Source of the DNA: Adineta vaga
Taxonomy: Eukaryota > Animalia > Rotifera
Direction of reading: 5' to 3'
Length of the DNA: 64,000 bases
NCBI GenBank assembly: GCA_021613535.1
Contig: CP075496.1
Span: forward strand, 9,610,001-9,674,000
Shown here: one piece after another, positions 13,272 through 26,822 of the stretch
Position numbering within the stretch: the stretch's first letter is position 1
How the letters are laid out: each line of letters starts with the position of its first letter
Notes under the pieces: model-generated
What the model saw: the letters and a program-made list of their open reading frames with translations, nothing else
Databases searched by the model: none
What the model was told of the DNA's origin: nothing
Translations under genes and position numbers: made by a program

Positions 13272-14036
13272 ATGCTTGGATCTTTCAGTGCTCATAAAAG
13301 TATTGGTATAGGTGAAGAAAGACGTAAGTGTCAATTCATTTAATTAACTTGAATATTTCTTTGCTTGTCTCGAAGGATTTTGTCGAAGTGTACGATTTCG
13401 TACGGATTTTCCTTCAGAATTAGCTGGAATTATACATCCATATGAATTTCAACAATCAATTAAAAATATTAATCGTGCACGTCGGCCAAGTTTCATTCTA
13501 AGATTTGCTAGTTTGATATTTATAATATGTATGGTGATTGGTTTCGCAGTAACGATCGTTGGTTTAGCATTAATAAACAATACAGATCGAACAGTATGGA
13601 TCGTATTGACTGCTATTGGAATTGCTGTATCTGTAATTTCTATAATTTTATCGGTATGTATCGCATTTAACTCCTATTCATCACGCACCGATCAAGTAAT
13701 AGAAGCAGTTAATGCTGAATCACTGAAATATATAACTAGACGACCGATACCTCTAAGTTGGCGATTAAAAGTGGACACTTTTTTAAATCGAACTTATCAA
13801 TACAATCATATCATACAAGGCCATGAAACATTTTATTCTGTAAGTAATATTAAGTTTATCGAATGATAATTAATTGAAATTATTTTTCTGTATTACTTTC
13901 ATTTAAGCTCATCATCGATATTGGTAAAAAAATTGATGGACAAAATAGAAATGACGACATATCAAATTTTATACGAAATATACAGGAACCAACATCGTAC
14001 ATTGGTCAGCAACAAACACATCTTGCTAATTTTTAA
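13272..14036 (+). CDS. Two-TM membrane protein, paralog of 9975-10818
   Basis: Same three-exon layout and motifs (FRTDFPSELAGIIHPYEFQQSIKNIN, VNAESLKYITRRPIPLSWRL, LIIDIG). Confidence 0.7.
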
Positions 14037-14327
14037 ACAACGATTTCTATGAAGAATATATTGAGTGATCAATCAACCGTAGAGCTAGAATTATCTGTAG
14101 CCATCGTGTATTTTAAAACGGCCATTCTAAATAATAGTCTCAAAGTGCCATATACTGCTTGCTTTCGGTTATTCCTGTACGATTCTGAAAAATAATCTCT
14201 GTTACGCATAAATCGAACTGAAAGACAAAATCTTGTCAAGTAAATCAACATATTTCTCATGCAATTATAATTTTTCATAAAGTAAAAGCATAAAATCGAA
14301 TCAATCTGTTAAAAATTTCTGTACGTT

Positions 14328-16018
14328 TTAATCGTATTGTCTCGTCCACCACGCAAGAGCAGTAAGACTAAGAGTAAACATAACTGATAACGTAGGAAAT
14401 CCAAAACCACATCTATATGGAATACCATTTTTGGATGAATTCAATAAACTAATACCAATACCACCGTGACTACCCGCTTTGTCAAGGATTAATTGATGTC
14501 GTCGTACAAAGGATCGTGCTCGTAATGCATTGAAGATACATAGAATAGATCGACGAAAACCACTAGAGAAGAAATACAATAAAACATTAAGAATAATCAA
14601 CGTATAGTTTGTTTGTTTCTACTTTAGACAGCCAATGAGTACTACACAACGAATACATAAATGAATGCTTTTTAATTCATTATTTGATAAACCATTTATC
14701 AATGCATAATAGAGAACTAAGCCTGCAAGTGAACCCTACATATTAAAGATTAATTAATAGGAAGAAGAGTCTAATTTAGATCACTATATACTTTGAAAAA
14801 TCCGACAAGATTATAAATAAAACAATGAGTTCGATGTTGACAACATAATTCAACGGCTTGTACTTCTGTTAAATATTCAGAGAGAATCTCAGACGGTTGC
14901 TCCTTAGAATTCATGGATTGAAACAACGCTAAATATAAATAATTTTCATCAAGAGATCTGATAAGAGATTCGATCTTTTTTACATAATAATTCTTGATTC
15001 ACTTGCTCAGCACATTCACCACCTAAATCATGGCCAGCATCTTCAAGTTTAACGAGACGACATCCAAGTGTCTATGATGAGTAAATATGAAATATACTTG
15101 TGAAAAAGAAAAAAAATGACATACACGTTGAAGCATATAAGAATTTTTTTCACGTACGAGTCGATCTTCCGTACCAACCATAATTAAACATGGAAAATTG
15201 GCGTAACGGATTTTTAATAAATCCGAATAGCTTAGATAATGTCGTTGAACAGCAAACATTTGACCGAAGATGCCAACTAATTTTAATGGAACACGAGTTC
15301 TATACCGTTCACGATGATAATCAAAGAAATACTAAAATATATGATCTAGTATTGAACAAGATAATACAAAACTATAAATCTTCAGTTACTTTTCGTTTCT
15401 CAGGATCATTCAATGTTTTTTGACCATAAAGCATAGTAAGAGCATTATCGACAAGTTGCTTTTCATCACTTAATGTAAGTGATTGTAAAATGCCATGAAT
15501 GCCAACGAATGGTGCTTGTCCAATTAGACCACCAGCATGAGTTGCCATCAAAGTTAATGAAAGAATTCTACGAGGTGCTAACAATCCTAATTCCAATGCA
15601 ATCATTCCACCCATGGAAACACCTACTATATGACATTGAGACCAACCTAAATGATCGATCAATTCTATAGCATCTTTAGCCATTTGAACAGTTGTATATT
15701 CCAATGTTATCGGTGTTGATGTTCGACCACAACCACGATTATCATAACTCACACACTATTACAATTAATTTATTAATACAAATCTATTCTACTCACTTGA
15801 TACTCCGGTAATTTACCAAAATAATCAGTCTATTTCACAGAAAAGAAAGACTATCCTATATCAAATCAATTGTATCTACTATTTATTACTTGATATTTCC
15901 AAGCTCGTCCTTCAGTTCTCAAACCCATAATAAATAAAACTTTGATGTCGCCTGAACCATATATTTCATAATAAAGATTAATGCTCTGATGAGATGCAGG
16001 TAATTTCAAATATGGCAT
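14328..16018 (-). CDS. Alpha/beta-fold hydrolase with a C-terminal hydrophobic segment
   Basis: Multi-exon. LYYEIYGSG, LFIMGL, YDNRGCGRT, nucleophile GVSMGG, acid in VGTEDRLV. The 3' exon boundaries are approximate. Confidence 0.75.
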
Positions 16019-16397
16019 GTCTAAAATATAATATAAAACTTCGTGTCTCGATATCGTCAGTGCTTTTCTCGTTATACAAAACACAGAAGAAAAACAAGCT
16101 GTTGTGTTCGTATTTCATATCAGCTTCACTTGTTATCAGATATCATTATGTTTATGCGTATCATGCATTGCAGAAAAGAAAAAAAAGTATACCGCCACCA
16201 TCATGATCCTTTATTAAACACAAAATCTTTTTATGTTAACATCAAATATGTTTAGTCTTATATAAATCGTTATGAAATAGAATCGTCACATTCAAATGAT
16301 TCAAAAAAGATAAATGACAAACAAACAACAACAATAACAACACACGCACACAACATTAATTAAATATATTGTATTATATTCACAAAGAAATGTTACT

Positions 16398-17348
16398 TTA
16401 TTGATGCGTAATAATTCCAACTGTTAAATCCTGACTAACTTGATTTTTATGTCGAGGTAAAACTAATGATTCTGCTTGATGTCGAAATTGTGGTGATGAA
16501 AAGAAGAAAACAAAGAATTGACAAGAAAATGTAATGTAAAACAGTAATGTTACAATATTTGCCATGATATTTTCAATAGCTATCTTTTCAGAAGATTTAA
16601 CATATGTTGCTGTTGCTATTCGGTATTCATTGAATACAATGTATGGAATAGTTGATATAAGTATAATAGGTATTTGAATAAGCATCATATTTGTTAATTG
16701 TTTTTGAATAAGTTCACGTTGATGATTGTGTGCTAATTTATTAATATTACGATACGTTATTAAACCTGTACTTATTAGAATAAAAGTTGGAAATATGCCA
16801 AGATAAAATAATAAAGAGAAATAGATTCGATAATTTGAAAATGCTTCATTTGGATGAATTGAACAAGTTTGCTTGGTAGATGAGGGCGACGATTGTATTA
16901 GATCTGCATAGATCATATAAGGTAATGCATGACATATCCAAATCAAACATGAAATTGAAATCATCCATCGAGCTGTTGATAATTGACTGAATTTTCTGTA
17001 TTTCACAGCTCGACAACTGGCCAAACAACGATCAATGCTTGCTAGACAAATACATGTTAATGAAGTTAAAAAACTAACTTCTGTAAATGCAATACGAATT
17101 TTACACCAAATAACATTTGTTTGTGACCAATCAAGACCAAAACCCACACTTAAAATTCGTGTAAATAATCCAAAAAATAAAGCAGAACAATTGAGTATTG
17201 ATGAGCAGAGAAAAAGAAATGCACACGAATTACGACGAGTTGACCAAAGTAAAATAAGATTTAAAAGATTTCCTGTTATACCACAAATCAATAATGGAAT
17301 ACCACCATATAATGTTATTGAACGTGTTAAATCAGTATTTGAAGACAT
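16398..17348 (-). CDS. Rhodopsin-class GPCR (orphan, intronless)
   Basis: Seven hydrophobic segments; GITGN in TM1, WCKIR, LASIDRC (DRY variant), FFVFFFSSPQFR after TM7. Confidence 0.85.
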   Translation of the reverse strand: MSSNTDLTRSITLYGGIPLLICGITGNLLNLILLWSTRRNSCAFLFLCSSILNCSALFFGLFTRILSVGFGLDWSQTNVIWCKIRIAFTEVSFLTSLTCICLASIDRCLASCRAVKYRKFSQLSTARWMISISCLIWICHALPYMIYADLIQSSPSSTKQTCSIHPNEAFSNYRIYFSLLFYLGIFPTFILISTGLITYRNINKLAHNHQRELIQKQLTNMMLIQIPIILISTIPYIVFNEYRIATATYVKSSEKIAIENIMANIVTLLFYITFSCQFFVFFFSSPQFRHQAESLVLPRHKNQVSQDLTVGIITHQ

Positions 17349-18409
17349 TAATTGAATTTAATGTAGTATTTCTGTTTGAGTAGAGGGTGTGTTAATTCTC
17401 TTATAGAAAAATGAGTACCCACTTTTTACTGACGTATATTTATATATATAAAACATCCGTAATTATAAAAGTCTTGAGCATGTGATGTACGAGGCGTACA
17501 TTCGCGGCACGGCTAACAATAAAAGGACAAATGACTAAAGGAAAAGTGAGCATAATATAGCAATTATGTATGCCTCAATACGTATTTTAAAAGAAGAACT
17601 AAAATATGAACTTTGAGATCGATGTTCTATATTTATTTTCAAGTCATTTTTTTTAAAGTTCATCCTTATTGTTTTATTATTTTTTATCACAAATACTATT
17701 AGCGAAGTTGAGTATATTATAGCAAGATATGTAAATAATATAACTAATTGTACTTTTCTCTTCGTACAAGATCGTGTCAGTGAGTCATATCTAGTTTATC
17801 GCGTTATTTGATTGTACTGAAAGTATATTTAAGAGTGTAGATGTCTTTGAATTTGTGAATAACAGCATTTTTTTCTAATTTATGCTCTCTACTTTTATAG
17901 TCATTTCTTGTTTCTGCATGGCAAGTACTTATAATTAATTTTCGTCATTATAGAACCGAAACTTTTCAAGTGTTCCGAAATTTTTTTGTATCTAAGATTT
18001 ATTGCGTTTTGTTGTTCTCAGAGTATGCTCGTAAGTCAGAAAGAATATTTTAGAGGAAAAATATTATTCATTTTATGATAAAGGAGTTGTAGAAAAACGG
18101 TCACATAATTACAAATGGCCAGGCTTCAACTGAAAAAAGAATACAAATTATATGCTACCGATCTGTTCTATGATGTAGGCGTATATAATCTTTCAATTAT
18201 ATGTCTCATGATCTCTCATTAATCAACGCAATAGCGTAACCAGTCCTATTTACTCAATAAAAATATTTGCAAGTATACGAAGATTTGAATTTAGAATTGA
18301 ATTCACATATCTTCATGGATGGTTTCTCGGTAACAGATATTTCAATAACATCTCTTCGTCATAAATCATCCGACATAGTAATTTATATATTTTACTTCAT
18401 AAATAACAA

Positions 18410-19612
18410 TCTGTTATTCAGAATTGAATTAGATTTTGAATGTATCGAATGATTCATTGTTATTGATGTCAAATGAACAAATCAATCGATATGCAAATAT
18501 TCGTGAACAATTGATAATGATTATCAACAATTTCTCCATTCATACTCCAGATGATATAAAATTTCAAACAACGAATCAATTAACACGAAAGACTTCAGTA
18601 TAATGGTTAATCTATTTCATGTGTTTTTGTAGATTCGAATGCTATTTCTGACACTTGCATCGAAAAAGTTTCAACGGAAGATCTAACATTCGCTGCTAAA
18701 CATATTGTCAAATGTACTATCAATGGACCGTTACAAGAACGTGTCAAAATTCTACAATCAGATTTGCATGAAACGAAAGAAACATTTGATAGCTTTTTTC
18801 TTACATTTCGAAGTTCTCTTATGAATTGAATAGATCAATTCACAGAGATTGATCATGACAAGATGATATATTATCGAAATTTGTTCTATCAGAAAAGGAC
18901 AGTAAGTCGAGCTTCTATAAGTCTGACTGTGAAGAATATTGGAGATAACATTGCAGGCAAACCATTTTGCAGGTGAAGTAATCAATGTGATGTCATCCAT
19001 CACATCAGCACTTCGTGTCCATTTGAATATTGACCAAACAATTCTTCTGAATACATTTAAATTGTTATTTACATTAGAAAAAAACTAGATTTTCATCTAT
19101 CTCAAATTGATTAAATCAATCTCATATATCTTTTCCATCAAATATTACCAATGCAAATGCAACAATTCTCATTCGAGTAAGATTGACTATCTAACGATAA
19201 GGAAATACGTTGTAGGCGAAGGATTCTATTTAGACTATCATTCAATCACTTGCTGCTTTTAGAAATCATTCTCGAGCATTTTCTTTGTCAATTCTCGATG
19301 AAAATGAGAATGAACTATCTATCAAAACAATACCTTCTAATCCAATAACATTTTTTTCATTTATCGAGATCAACAAATAATTGTTCCAGCGATGTTTCGA
19401 CAAAATGTTACATCACTCAATCAAACTAATCTTTTATTTTATTTTCAGTCATTTAATTTAATACGAACGAATGCAAATTTAACATATTCGATTCATCCAT
19501 TATCATTCAGCTCATGAAATTTTCTTCAACACATCGGACAACATTTACGAGTGCTTTTGTGATTTCAGCATTTTCTCATACTGCAACTGATGTGAAACGA
19601 AATTCAAAAGTA
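18410..19612 (+). pseudogene. Decayed polycystin-1-like (PKD1L, REJ/GAIN region) fragment
   Basis: Broken frames read YANIREQLIMII, TNQLTRKTS, INGPLQERV, ITSALRVHLNI, SLSILDENENELSIKT, IVPAMFRQNVT, with many stops and frameshifts. Confidence 0.6.
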
Positions 19613-20254
19613 AGTTTTTTCCTTTGAAAATATAAATTTGTAGTTGACGAATATATGTTTTCCTTCTTTTTTTGTTAAGTTCGATATAAATCAATTGGTG
19701 AAAGAAACTGTTGTTCTGAATTACTCGATCTATCATATCAACGGAATTTTTCAGTGACATCTGGCTTAATTTTGTCTTGTTGCATTAGTTGTGCTTATGC
19801 TTTAGATACCTATTTGCCAAATATGAGCATTCTTAAAGTAACACAGTTTTTAGGTGAGAGTAACCTGATGAGACGACACTATAATTCCATAGATAGTATT
19901 GAATTCTTTAACATGAAGTTTAATAATCATGGTAGGCATGATTTTACTGAATCCTGACATTCATAGATATAGACAATAATTATTGACGTCAGTATTTGAA
20001 TTGAGACTATTATGTGATGTTTCTATCAACACGTTCTATTGGACTTTATCATATACAGATAATATTGTATTTATCTATACTTTTCCTTCAATAAACCAAT
20101 ACAAAAGGATTGAATACTATATAGTTATACTTCAAGATAACTCGTATTATAAGTTTATAGGTCACATATTTTAAAGAAAAATCTCAATATTGTCGATAAA
20201 ATAAACCGAAGAAATATTTTAGTTTGAAAAAAAGAAATGAATGAATAAAAAACA

Positions 20255-20281
20255 AATATATATATATATATATATATATAA
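20255..20281. repeat. (TA)n microsatellite
   Basis: Run of TA dinucleotides, about 13 units. Confidence 0.9.
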
Positions 20282-21237
20282 ATGTATGGGTAATAATTGA
20301 CATAATTACTTTTGTTTATAAATCGTTTCTGTTAATATAATGATCTAATAGTTCTTCTGACTAGAATAATGTTTTTATGATAAATAACATTGATGTTAAT
20401 TTACATTATTTCGTTGCTAACATATGTACAGAAGTGTATAGTTCAAATCATTCATATACTTTCAATAGCATATCAAAGAGATTATTGAGCTGTAGAGTTG
20501 ATGACTTTGTTTCTACCAAAACTATGAATGCAAATCTGTTCTTATTTGGAAACAAAATATTTGAAAAAGTAGTTGACTTATTTAAATTCTTTCATTGTTA
20601 AATAAATGATTAATCAACAGCTGGTGTATGTTACACAGATATCAAATACCAAAGAAAACGAAAATATGGAATATGTTAGCTTGATTTCTCTGGAGTGTAT
20701 TTGCGGAATCCAAATGATATTGACAAAGAATATGATAGCAATCCTGTCCCGATATGAGATTATTTTACGTTTAAATTCAACTGCAGTTTCACCAATCCAT
20801 CATCTATATCAGTTAATCGAAATGACGAAATCTTTTCTTCGTGTATATGCGTTACCAATTGTCTTGAGTGGGTGGATGTTGTTAACTCGCATCAGAATCA
20901 TATAAGAACAAGAAAAAAAAAGGTGTTTGATGATTTTATTGCTACAGAAGACTCGAATAGAGTTAGTTGTATATATTGTAAAGTCATAGAGAAATCTTTC
21001 AGTTTGAATGTAAGTCGATTTGTCTCTACATTGATTTATAATGTATGAAAATATGACGACAATATATTTAAGCATACGTTTATTTTATTTTGTCTGCATT
21101 ATGTTGATAGAATTTTTTGTTTCACTCTTCTCTATAGTAATTTAGTCATACTATAATGCCAAAGCAGAATTGTAAATCATATCGATTCGATGAAATTTTT
21201 ATTGTTTATTTAGATAATCAACGAAAACAACACGATA

Positions 21238-22203
21238 ATGTTCTGGTACAAATATCAATTATTTATTTTATGTTTAATTTTAAATTTGTTGATTGTCAAC
21301 ATGACTGCAGTGATGGTACAACCAATGGCTAATCACAAATTGCAAGGTACGAATTATTCGAAAGAGAACATAACTTCGATGCAGATTTTTCTTCTTCTTC
21401 TTCTTCTACTTGTAGATAAAGATTCTTCTACAGGAACCAGTTCATTAATTATTGTTGATGTTCAAAATTGTTTTATCAGTGGAAATCTTGCACTATCAGA
21501 TAATCCTACTGGTCAAGATGGTGCTGATGTTGTTCCTGTTATTAATCGTCTACTTCAAACTGTTTCATTTGATGTCATCATCTATACTCATGATTGGCAT
21601 CCGACAGATCACATTTCATTCTTTCAAAATCTCGACAAACGTAGACAATATTTATCAGGAGATAAAAACACAACATACAAACCATTTGATACAGTTACAT
21701 ATACAGGTCCGAAAGTGACAACGGAACAAGTATTATGGCCAGTACATTGCATACAAGATACTAAAGGTGCTGCATTGCATAAAGATCTTATTGTTGATTC
21801 ATCGAAGAAAAATGTCTTTCACGTAAAAAAAGGTATGGATTCAGATATTGATAGTTATTCGGCATTTTGGGATAATAATAAAGGTCAAAAGACCGAATTG
21901 GATGGTATACTCAAGAAATGGAATGTTACACATGTATATGTCACTGGATTAGCTACGGATTATTGTGTAGCAGCAACAGCTTTAGATGCAATTGATTTAA
22001 ATTATACAACTTATCTTGTTGAAGACGCATGTCGAGGCGTGAGTACGGAAACAATTAATAAAAAAACACAAGAAATGAAACAACGTGGAATATATTTTAT
22101 TCATTCAAATCAAGTCAAAGGTTTAGTTGGCGGTGCATATTACAATCAAATGTGTTTTGTACTGATGAGTTTTTCAATATTTTTATCGTTTTTTACTTTT
22201 TAA
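21238..22203 (+). CDS. Nicotinamidase (PncA/isochorismatase family) with signal peptide and hydrophobic C-terminal tail
   Basis: IIVDVQNCF, THDWHP..HISF, LWPVHC, KKG..SDIDSYSAF, TGLATDYCV (Asp-Lys-Cys triad). Probable intron at about 21347-21416. Confidence 0.9.
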   Translation: MFWYKYQLFILCLILNLLIVNMTAVMVQPMANHKLQGTNYSKENITSMQIFLLLLLLLVDKDSSTGTSSLIIVDVQNCFISGNLALSDNPTGQDGADVVPVINRLLQTVSFDVIIYTHDWHPTDHISFFQNLDKRRQYLSGDKNTTYKPFDTVTYTGPKVTTEQVLWPVHCIQDTKGAALHKDLIVDSSKKNVFHVKKGMDSDIDSYSAFWDNNKGQKTELDGILKKWNVTHVYVTGLATDYCVAATALDAIDLNYTTYLVEDACRGVSTETINKKTQEMKQRGIYFIHSNQVKGLVGGAYYNQMCFVLMSFSIFLSFFTF

Positions 22204-22390
22204 ATAAAACTTTACAACAATACTAGATATTAAAATTACTTCGTATCATTCTAATAACATATTTCGAATCGAAAATTAGAAAAAAAATAATTTGTCATCA
22301 CTTACATAATTCCGCTCAAGAGAGTCTTCAGATTTTACTTTTATTGTTATCTTTAAAACACAATTGAGATAGTGAGTAGATAACAACCAA

Positions 22391-22980
22391 TCAATGTTCA
22401 ATACGAATGTCGGCGCAACCTCTAAATTTTTCCTGTGGACCATAACCCATGCCTTCTTTACCATCACTTGAACCCCAACGATTGGCACATGTCCAATCCC
22501 ATTGTACAACACATCGATTACAAGTCACACCATCTGGAAGTTTCAACTTGAATGAATAAGATGGTAGATCCCAACCAGGAGCAACACCTTGTGTATAAGT
22601 ACCTGGAATATCCCAACGATATTTAGTCGTCGTTGTTGTAGGTGCTTCAACAATTTCCAAAGGATATCGATCAAAACATTCTTGAGTGACTTCAACTAAA
22701 TTGTTGATCACAGGACAAATCTTGAAAAAGAACCAACCCATATGATTAGCCATCATTTCCACACGAGCATCAATTACAGATCCAACTTTGTAAGTATGTG
22801 TTGGAATGCCTGTAAAATATTTACCGTAAGGTGCTTCATTATCTCGAGGACCATCGATACGATCACCACACACACCACATTTTCCATCCATATTCCAGAA
22901 ATACGACTCGGTGGAAGAGCCAAACGGCCGTGGCCATTTACACTGACGATATAAATTATTAAAATATAAAACTGAAGCAT
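22391..22980 (-). pseudogene. AA15-type lytic polysaccharide monooxygenase (chitin-binding type 4), frameshifted by an internal deletion
   Basis: Signal peptide then HGRLALPPSR. The frame changes near 22900 into DGKCGVCGD, ANHMGWF, LPDGVTCNRCVVQWDW, PQEKFRGCADIRI. Confidence 0.75.
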
Positions 22981-23473
22981 ATTTAAATATAAAATAATAA
23001 GATAATCAGCTCGCAAACAATCTAATCTTGCACTATTCACCCTTTACACTTATATAATTGAAAATTCATACCGACAGATGGACAAGTTCTCATCAAAATA
23101 ATTAGAATGGCGTTTATAACTCTTATGAGACCACAATACATGTTTAAGCTTGCTAAAAATAGAGATCTTATCAGTGGATCAGATTCGAACTCAAATAGAA
23201 ATATCGTGCACACCTACAAGTCAACTCTACACTACTGGCACAGTATAGAAAAGTAATAAACGTAATTTTTTGCAGTATTATTGATAGTTTTACAATTTTA
23301 ACACACATTAAAAGCTAAACGACGTTATGGATATGGAAATTTTTAAATATTACTACACTACATATGATGAAGTATATATGAGTATGTGAATTTGCTCTTG
23401 TTGTGAAAGTTTGTTTTTGACGAATATTCTTACAAAATTGAAAAACGAACAATAAATTATATAGAAAGCATGT

Positions 23474-24300
23474 TTATAATTGACATAAATATTCATAGTT
23501 TAGTTTTATCCAATAAATATCTTGACTTTTCCAAGTATGATAATTTGTATCATTTTGTGGTTGACATGTTTCAGGATCATATGGTATATAATGACGAGTA
23601 GTAAAAAATAATTGAATTAAATTAGCTCTTACAGGCATAGTTTTTATATTTGCCCATTCCATCATAACAAATGGAATATTTATAAAATTAAACATACGTT
23701 CACCTGTTTCACATAAATAATGTTCCGATGTTTCAATATCAATTTTAATAATTGCTTCATGAATATTTCTTTCATATACAATAGGTAAAAGATCATCAAA
23801 ACGAATGGTTCGAACAACGGATAGATTTTTATCGTCTTTTGAAACTTCCTCATTCAAATATTGTGATCCAATATTGTTGGGAATATTTTTTTTAATTGAT
23901 AAATAGACATTCGATTTATTGTAAAGTGCACGAGGAACAAGAATAACATTTCGTTCAACATGTTCAAGTTGAATAGCTTGACGAATCAATTCAATGTTTG
24001 GCTGAAAACATTCAATAGAAATGACATTTGAGCAACCGACTACTGCTGCATACATAGTATACACTCCAATATTAGCACCAATATCAAAAAATGCATATTG
24101 TCGATTAGTAGAAAGAACACGCATTAAACGTGTTACTAAATGTTCTTCCCAAATACCAGTTGAAACTAACATACCACTAATATCTCGATCTCGTTCCACT
24201 TTATGAACACATACAGTAGTACGATATTTATTCAATAACAATTTCGTTTTAATACATGTATTTATTGGACTAATGATGGTGTTGGATCTTGTAAAATTAC
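23474..24300 (-). CDS. FkbM-family SAM-dependent methyltransferase; 5' exon(s) unresolved (to about 24520)
   Basis: GIWEEH, FFDIGANIGVYT, IECF, IRFDDLL, IIKIDIETSE, VMMEW. Confidence 0.8.
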
Positions 24301-25059
24301 TATAAATAATATTTACTGAATGTTATATGTAAGATTAAATTCAAACCTGGTTAAACAATTGTAAGAGAGATAGATTAATCCACTGATTGTACATATCACA
24401 AAAATATATCGAATTATTGACAGGAAAGATGGTAATCTCTGTGATATCCGAGGAAGTTGTATACTAAAGCAAATTATCGTTATACATATATATATATACG
24501 TATATAATTATTCTTTTATAATTCATGCATTATGTTTTTATCTGTCTATAACAAATTCTGTATATACTATCGAAACATCGTACTTCTTTCTTTCGTTTAA
24601 CGTACCTATAAGTTTTAATAAATGCCATAGAACTAATATCGATTGATTACAGTAATCAGAATGAATATCTCACAAGCTATTCAGGTAGAGCACATCAAAT
24701 TTATAATGAATAGAATGGTAATTTAGACTATGCTTATCGAAAATATCAATTTTTATACTGATCACTTATTAAAGACATTTCTAACATAATGTCGTAAGTT
24801 ATACGCCGTTCCATTCTTTTTCTTCGACCATAGCGATGCACTGTGTATGTTAGAATAAGAATGGTTTGTCCTCTTTTGTTTATTTTATTATCTGTATACA
24901 ATAGGAATGGAAGAAATAGTAGTCATTTATTCACCATTCACTCTTTCATTCTGTCACAGATTCTCAAAATCTATTGTAACAGATTTCACGAATTAGTAAT
25001 AGAAAGAAAAAGTGATTAGTGAGCAAGTGAATGACTACTATTTCTTTCATCTCTATAGT

Positions 25060-26723
25060 ATGTGTGACTTTATTTTTCAATATACGCCAAAACGTCTATG
25101 GGTTAGAGTCATCAAATGGATTAGTATTCTTTCTATCATTGTCTCTTTATTATTGTACATATTTTGTACTCGTATTGATGGTAAGCGAACATTCATTCTG
25201 ACATACTATTCTTCGATAATCAATGAAAGATATAACAGTGAAAATGATATCAATATTGGATTTAGTCCTTTTCAATTTGAAACAGAGAAACTTCGAGAAA
25301 AACAATTGGAATATGAATATAATCTGACAGGTATCATACTTCACTGGAAACGCTTGCATGGTGTACGAAAAACGATTAGTTACTTTCTTCAAACAGATTT
25401 ATTTCACGAAATCATTGTATGGAATAATAATCCACAGATAAATCTTACAATTTTGAAACTTGATATTAAAAACTATTCAACTGAAAATATTCGTATAATC
25501 AACTCCAAAGATAATTTGAAAGACGAAGCTAAATATCGTACTTGTATAGCAGCTAAAACACGTGCTTGTTTCTATGTTGATGATGATTGGGATATATCTC
25601 ATTACACGAAAAGTCTCATTGCTAGTTATCGATCTGATCCTAACCTATTACATTCAATCACAGAACCATTTACATATTATACGAATTTATTGTGGAGCTA
25701 TTTTGATGATACAATTGATTTACATACAGGATTTTCATGGATTGGTTGTGGAAGTGTCTTTTCACGTGAACATGCACAACGACATTTACAATTTCTTGAT
25801 AAATGTCTTTCAAATAATTCGCGTATGTACAGTTCTATGAATATTCAAAGATAAATCAAATGTTTCCTTCTTGCTCGTTTTCTTTTATAGATTTCTTTCA
25901 ATTAAGTGATGTATTTTTTTCTATTTGGCTAAATGATATTCCAACTCAAATGATTACAAATATTCGTTATCAAACCAATCCAGCTGCCGAAAAATCAGTT
26001 GCATTTTCTTCCATCCCAAACTTTCCAACTCTTCAATATCAAAGTTCTCTTGCTGCTATTCGTATTTTAGAACATTTTCTACGTTCAAATCAATCAGATA
26101 CCAGTCAAATTAATTTTCCACGTCAACAAATTCGTCGTTTTCCGTACTATATTAAATCTCCAAGTCTTACGGATGATTTCATCTTTTACAGTAATATTCT
26201 TCCATATGATTTACATAAAGTAACATTTAACATTACGAGAGATTTTGAACGAGGGACAACCCTAAACCTACCCAAAGGATCTCATGTTCGCTATTTCACA
26301 TCTCATAGTCCGTTGAAAGCAGTGGATCGTAACCTAAAAACATGTTGGCATTCTACAAGAATGCTTCGTTCTGATGACTTCTATGCTATCGATTTCCTAC
26401 ATATTCAAACGAATATTTCATTTCTACTCTATGTTAATCATAGTTTAGAATTACAAAAAAATCTAGTTATAAGTATCTCATTCGATGGTCTCTGGTGGAT
26501 ATCTTATCGATCACAAAACGGAATATATACCAAAACATCGAAGGATACTGGACAAGTACAATTGCATATGATCTTATTTAGTTCTGATCGATTCAATCCA
26601 GGTTTTCAATCATTTCGTTATATAAAATTTCAGACATTAAATCAATCTCATGATCGTTTTCAAGTGTGTGAATTACAAATCATTTCGAAAAGAAACATCA
26701 CTGATCTGTTGTATGATTTTTAA
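25060..26723 (+). CDS. Type II membrane GT-A glycosyltransferase-like protein with a C-terminal discoidin/F5-8-like domain
   Basis: N-terminal TM; ILHWKR, EIIVWNNNP, CFYVDDDW (DxD); one intron near 25823-25889; PLKAVDRNLKTCW and FRYIKF..FQVCEL in the C-terminal part. Confidence 0.7.
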
Positions 26724-26822
26724 TAAACATATAAATCATATAGCTGTTGCTATTCAAACAGTAAAACTTCAAATAGATCTAATTCTTTTTTGCGTTTGTT
26801 TTAGAAATTTCCTATTAATACA

